Below, in pieces: positions 60,926-64,000 of a DNA stretch of 64,000 bases. Each line of letters starts with the position of its first letter. Positions within the stretch are counted from its first letter, which is position 1. The stretch is from NCBI GenBank assembly GCA_963696385.1, contig CAVOKF010000005.1:800001-864000 (forward strand), written 5' to 3'. The translations under genes and the position numbers were made by a program. The stretch comes from an uncultured delta proteobacterium. GTDB lineage: Bacteria > Myxococcota_A > Polyangia > Polyangiales > Polyangiaceae. Under the pieces are notes generated by a model. The model was not told the origin of the DNA. It ran no database searches and was given only the letters and a program-made list of their open reading frames with translations.

Positions 60926-62359
60926 ATGCGCTGTCGTCTTGTTCTTGGGTTCCTCGTAACAGGTGTGTGTTCCGTGACGTTCGGGTCGGGCTGCTTCTCG
61001 CAGCCTAGTGCCGACATGACACCGAACTCATCGTCCGCGACTGCGGACCCACCGGCATCCACTTCGGCAGGGCCTCGCGGTTGCTCGGTCGACGGGGGCG
61101 CCCCCGCGATTGCGCCGGGGGGCTACTACACCAACGGCGCGCAGGTATGCACGGCCGACGGCCAGCCCCACCTGTTCCATGGCGTCGACCGACCTTCGCT
61201 CGAGTGGTCGCCGGTCGGCGAATCGATCTCGGCCGCAGACTTTCAGCAGATGGCATCGTGGCACGCCAATACCGTTCGTATCGCCACGAATCAGGATTTC
61301 TGGCTTTCGGGAGCGGCCCTCTACGACCCCAACTACAAGTCGACGATCCAGAATGCCGTGACCTGGGCCGAGCAAGCGGGTCTCGACGTCATCCTCGACC
61401 TGCACTGGTCGGACCGGGGCAATTTGAATATCACGATGGCCGGCGGAAATCTGCCAAACGGCGCCCAGGCAAACGACACCGTGGGATACGACAACCAGCA
61501 GCCCATGGCGGACGTCAATTCCCTCGAATATTGGAAAGAGGTCGCGGCTACGTTCCAAAACGACGGTCACGTCCTCTTCGAGCTCTACAACGAGCCGAAC
61601 GACGTCAGCTGGGATATCTGGCTCAACGGTGGCCAGTATCAAGAGTACCAGGTGGTCGGGATGCAGCAGCTCTACGACGCCGTTCGCGCCACGGGAGCGA
61701 ACAACCTGGTCGTCGTCGGGGGACTCAACTGGGCGTTCGATTTATCGGGTGTCGCGCAGTATCCCGTAATTGGATACAACATCCTGTACGCAACGCATCC
61801 GTACAAGCCAAAGAGCAATTGGAGCACGGCGTTCGAATACCTGTCGACAGGGAACATCGCGCCCGTCATCGCGACCGAGTTCGGAGACTCCACCCCAGAG
61901 CACTGTACCGGCGCCTGGGACCAGTCTCTCATTGCGGCCGCCGCGGAACCGACGCTTCAAATATCCTGGACGGCCTGGGCCTGGTACGACGGCGACCCGT
62001 GCTCGTTCCCGTCGCTCATCACCGATTTCGACTCGTACACTCCCACCGTGCAAGGACAGGTCGTGTACGACGCGCTGATGAGCGATCCGGCCCCTCAACC
62101 GTGGATCGACTCGGGCGTCGCGGGCGGATCGGTGGACTCGAGCGTGGACGACGAAGGATCCGATACGGCCACGACAGGAACCGATGCCGGCACGACGGGG
62201 GCCGACGTGGGCGCGGCGGAGACCGACTCAGGCGACGGGGCGGCCCCCGTCGACGGTCCGGCGGCCGCAGATGGTTCGGCACCCGCAGATGGTTCGGCGC
62301 CCGCCGAAGCGTCGACGCTTCAAGCGGATGCGGGTCTGGACGCGCCCACCACGGACTGA
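60926..62359 (+). CDS. GH5 endoglucanase/cellulase-family lipoprotein
   Basis: GSGC lipobox; ILDLHW, FELYNEP (acid/base), ATHPY, IATEFG (nucleophile), WTAWAW. Confidence 0.88.
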   Translation: MRCRLVLGFLVTGVCSVTFGSGCFSQPSADMTPNSSSATADPPASTSAGPRGCSVDGGAPAIAPGGYYTNGAQVCTADGQPHLFHGVDRPSLEWSPVGESISAADFQQMASWHANTVRIATNQDFWLSGAALYDPNYKSTIQNAVTWAEQAGLDVILDLHWSDRGNLNITMAGGNLPNGAQANDTVGYDNQQPMADVNSLEYWKEVAATFQNDGHVLFELYNEPNDVSWDIWLNGGQYQEYQVVGMQQLYDAVRATGANNLVVVGGLNWAFDLSGVAQYPVIGYNILYATHPYKPKSNWSTAFEYLSTGNIAPVIATEFGDSTPEHCTGAWDQSLIAAAAEPTLQISWTAWAWYDGDPCSFPSLITDFDSYTPTVQGQVVYDALMSDPAPQPWIDSGVAGGSVDSSVDDEGSDTATTGTDAGTTGADVGAAETDSGDGAAPVDGPAAADGSAPADGSAPAEASTLQADAGLDAPTTD

Positions 62360-62405
62360 CCCGCAGGGCGCGCAAACTCGCGCTCGCGCACCGTTGCGCG
62401 ACCGA

Positions 62406-63236
62406 TCACGGACAGCCGGTAAACCGAACCGTGTCGATCCAAAGATCGTAGTCGACGCCGGTCTCGGTGATCTGCCACTGCATCCCGTAAAGCCTCGCCT
62501 TGTTGATCGCCGGAGGATTCGGGTCCCCCCAATCCTTCATTTGCTTCATGCCCGCAAACGGGATCGTGTATTTTTTCCACTGTTCGGTCAGCGTCAGATC
62601 CGCGCCGAAGTCGTTGAAGCATTCTTTGCAAACCCGGCCGTCCGGATCGGTGTTCACGTCGGGGACCTTGAGCCGAACGGTCTTGGTCGACTTGGGACCG
62701 ACCTTCGCATAGAAGGAGACGCCCGTGTATTTCGAGGCGTCGTAAGGCCCTTTCGGATCCGTGAAGCTGAATCCAAGGCCTGCGAAGAGCGGATCTCCGT
62801 TGGCCGACATCTTGCCGAGCATGTGCGCAGCGTATTTCGATCCGCCAGCGCCGTCGGGCGACATCAGAAACTTGGTGTGCGCGGGAGGCGTGATGGTCGA
62901 GCCCTGCTTGTCGACGAACGTATACCAATACCCGTTGCGCCCGCCCTGCGTGCTCACTTGGTTGTTGTTGTCTTCGCATTCATCGATCACGTAATCGGGT
63001 TCGGTACAGTCCTTGTCCGGCACGGTGGCCGGACCCGGAGGCGGTCCGGCCACCGCCACTCCGCTCCCTCCGGCGCCCGGGTTGGGCGCTGCGGGGACCG
63101 CGGCCGCCGGGGGCGGGGCCGCAGGCGGCGCCGCTTGTGCGGGGCTCGCGCTCGACTGGGGAGCCGGTTCGTTGTGACAGCCCAGCGTCGGGATCAGCGC
63201 CAGCGCCATGAACGCGAAATGCGATTTCATAAGCAT
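62406..63236 (-). CDS. Lipoprotein with CBM11/CIA30-like carbohydrate-binding domain
   Basis: LGC lipobox, Pro/Ala linker, GYWYTF.D, YDASKYTGVSFYAK, WKKYTIPF, DLWID. Confidence 0.72.
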   Translation of the reverse strand: MLMKSHFAFMALALIPTLGCHNEPAPQSSASPAQAAPPAAPPPAAAVPAAPNPGAGGSGVAVAGPPPGPATVPDKDCTEPDYVIDECEDNNNQVSTQGGRNGYWYTFVDKQGSTITPPAHTKFLMSPDGAGGSKYAAHMLGKMSANGDPLFAGLGFSFTDPKGPYDASKYTGVSFYAKVGPKSTKTVRLKVPDVNTDPDGRVCKECFNDFGADLTLTEQWKKYTIPFAGMKQMKDWGDPNPPAINKARLYGMQWQITETGVDYDLWIDTVRFTGCP

Positions 63237-63314
63237 TATGAATAGTCCTCAGGTGGAACGACGGCGCGAGAGGCTACCTGTCGCGACTCGGTCGAGCAAG
63301 GGTGTTGTCCACGC

Positions 63315-64000
63315 TCAGTCGGGCCAGGCCCGTTGGTATTGCCGCACCATTTGATCGATGGCCGCGTTGGTCGACTCGTCCACCACGCACCGGGCGGCGT
63401 CGGCTTCGTACCAGGCCACCTGCTGCGCGGCTCCGCGCGAGTAAGGAATCACCGCGCGAAAGTCGGGAACTACCCTTTTGATCTTCGTATTGTCAAATAC
63501 CATGCTGTGGGCTTTGTCGCCGAGCAGACTGGCCCCCCATGCGGGATCGAAGGCGGCGATGAGATCGGAAGGAACGTGCACGATCCGCGGCCGAACCCCG
63601 ATCGCGCTCGCAAGAAGCCCGTGAATCTGGTCCCAGGTGAGCGTCTCGTCGGAGGTGATGTGGAAGGAGTCGCCCACCACGCCGTCCTGTCCGAGAAGGG
63701 GAACGAAGCCGCGGGCGAAGTCCTCGTGGTGGGTGAGTGTCCAGAGCGACGTTCCGTCGCCGTGGACGATGACCGGCCGCCCGTGGCGCATCCGGTCGAC
63801 GACCGTCCAACCGCCGTGCACGGGGAGCGACGCCGCGTCGTAGGTGTGCGACGGGCGCACGATCGTCACCGGAAAGCCCTCGGTCCGATAGGCCCGAATC
63901 AGGGTCTCTTCGCAGGCTATTTTATCGCGAGAATATCCCCAAAAGGGATTGTGGAGAGGCGTCGACTCCGTCACGGGCATGCGCGAGGGCGGCGTCTGGT
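63315..64000 (-). CDS. NAD-dependent epimerase/dehydratase (extended SDR), 5' part outside window
   Basis: TESTPL.NPFW.YSRDK (YxxxK), TIVRPSHTY, HGDGTSLWTLTH. Confidence 0.88.
   Translation of the reverse strand, partial: QTPPSRMPVTESTPLHNPFWGYSRDKIACEETLIRAYRTEGFPVTIVRPSHTYDAASLPVHGGWTVVDRMRHGRPVIVHGDGTSLWTLTHHEDFARGFVPLLGQDGVVGDSFHITSDETLTWDQIHGLLASAIGVRPRIVHVPSDLIAAFDPAWGASLLGDKAHSMVFDNTKIKRVVPDFRAVIPYSRGAAQQVAWYEADAARCVVDESTNAAIDQMVRQYQRAWPD

Noticed and set aside
1..64000. Prophage, integron, defence island or autonomous IS
   Set aside because: No integrase, transposase, reverse transcriptase, nuclease or phage structural motifs recognised in any frame

Overview
GC-rich bacterial chromosomal segment that looks like Myxococcota (Polyangiaceae/Sorangiineae-like). 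This assignment is inferred from a MYXO-CTERM-type tail, PGRS-like and TPR/PEGA proteins, a Hanks-type kinase and DAG-rich lipoproteins. It holds about 50 genes. Housekeeping genes include coaX, rseP, proC, rpmI-rplT, pheS and a phosphohexomutase. There is also a Ugp-like ABC importer co-transcribed with a LicC-type nucleotidyltransferase, an ~8.5-kb cyclic beta-1,2-glucan synthase translationally coupled to a tandem-USP gene behind a sigma-54 motif, an S9 peptidase, two pirins, a GH5 and a CBM11-like lipoprotein. No CRISPR array, rRNA, tRNA, integrase or transposase was seen. The main unexplained signal is non-coding: several distinct families of 40-180 bp miniature inverted-repeat elements sit at TA/YTAR sites in intergenic DNA, often on or beside TAG stop codons. 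Some carry clean target-site duplications (TCTAGG, GCTAAA, TAA), and one is a highly structured ~170-bp element present twice with a compensatory stem change plus a third related copy. Six frameshifts in five conserved genes most likely reflect long-read assembly errors. All protein calls come from motif recognition by eye; no searches were run.
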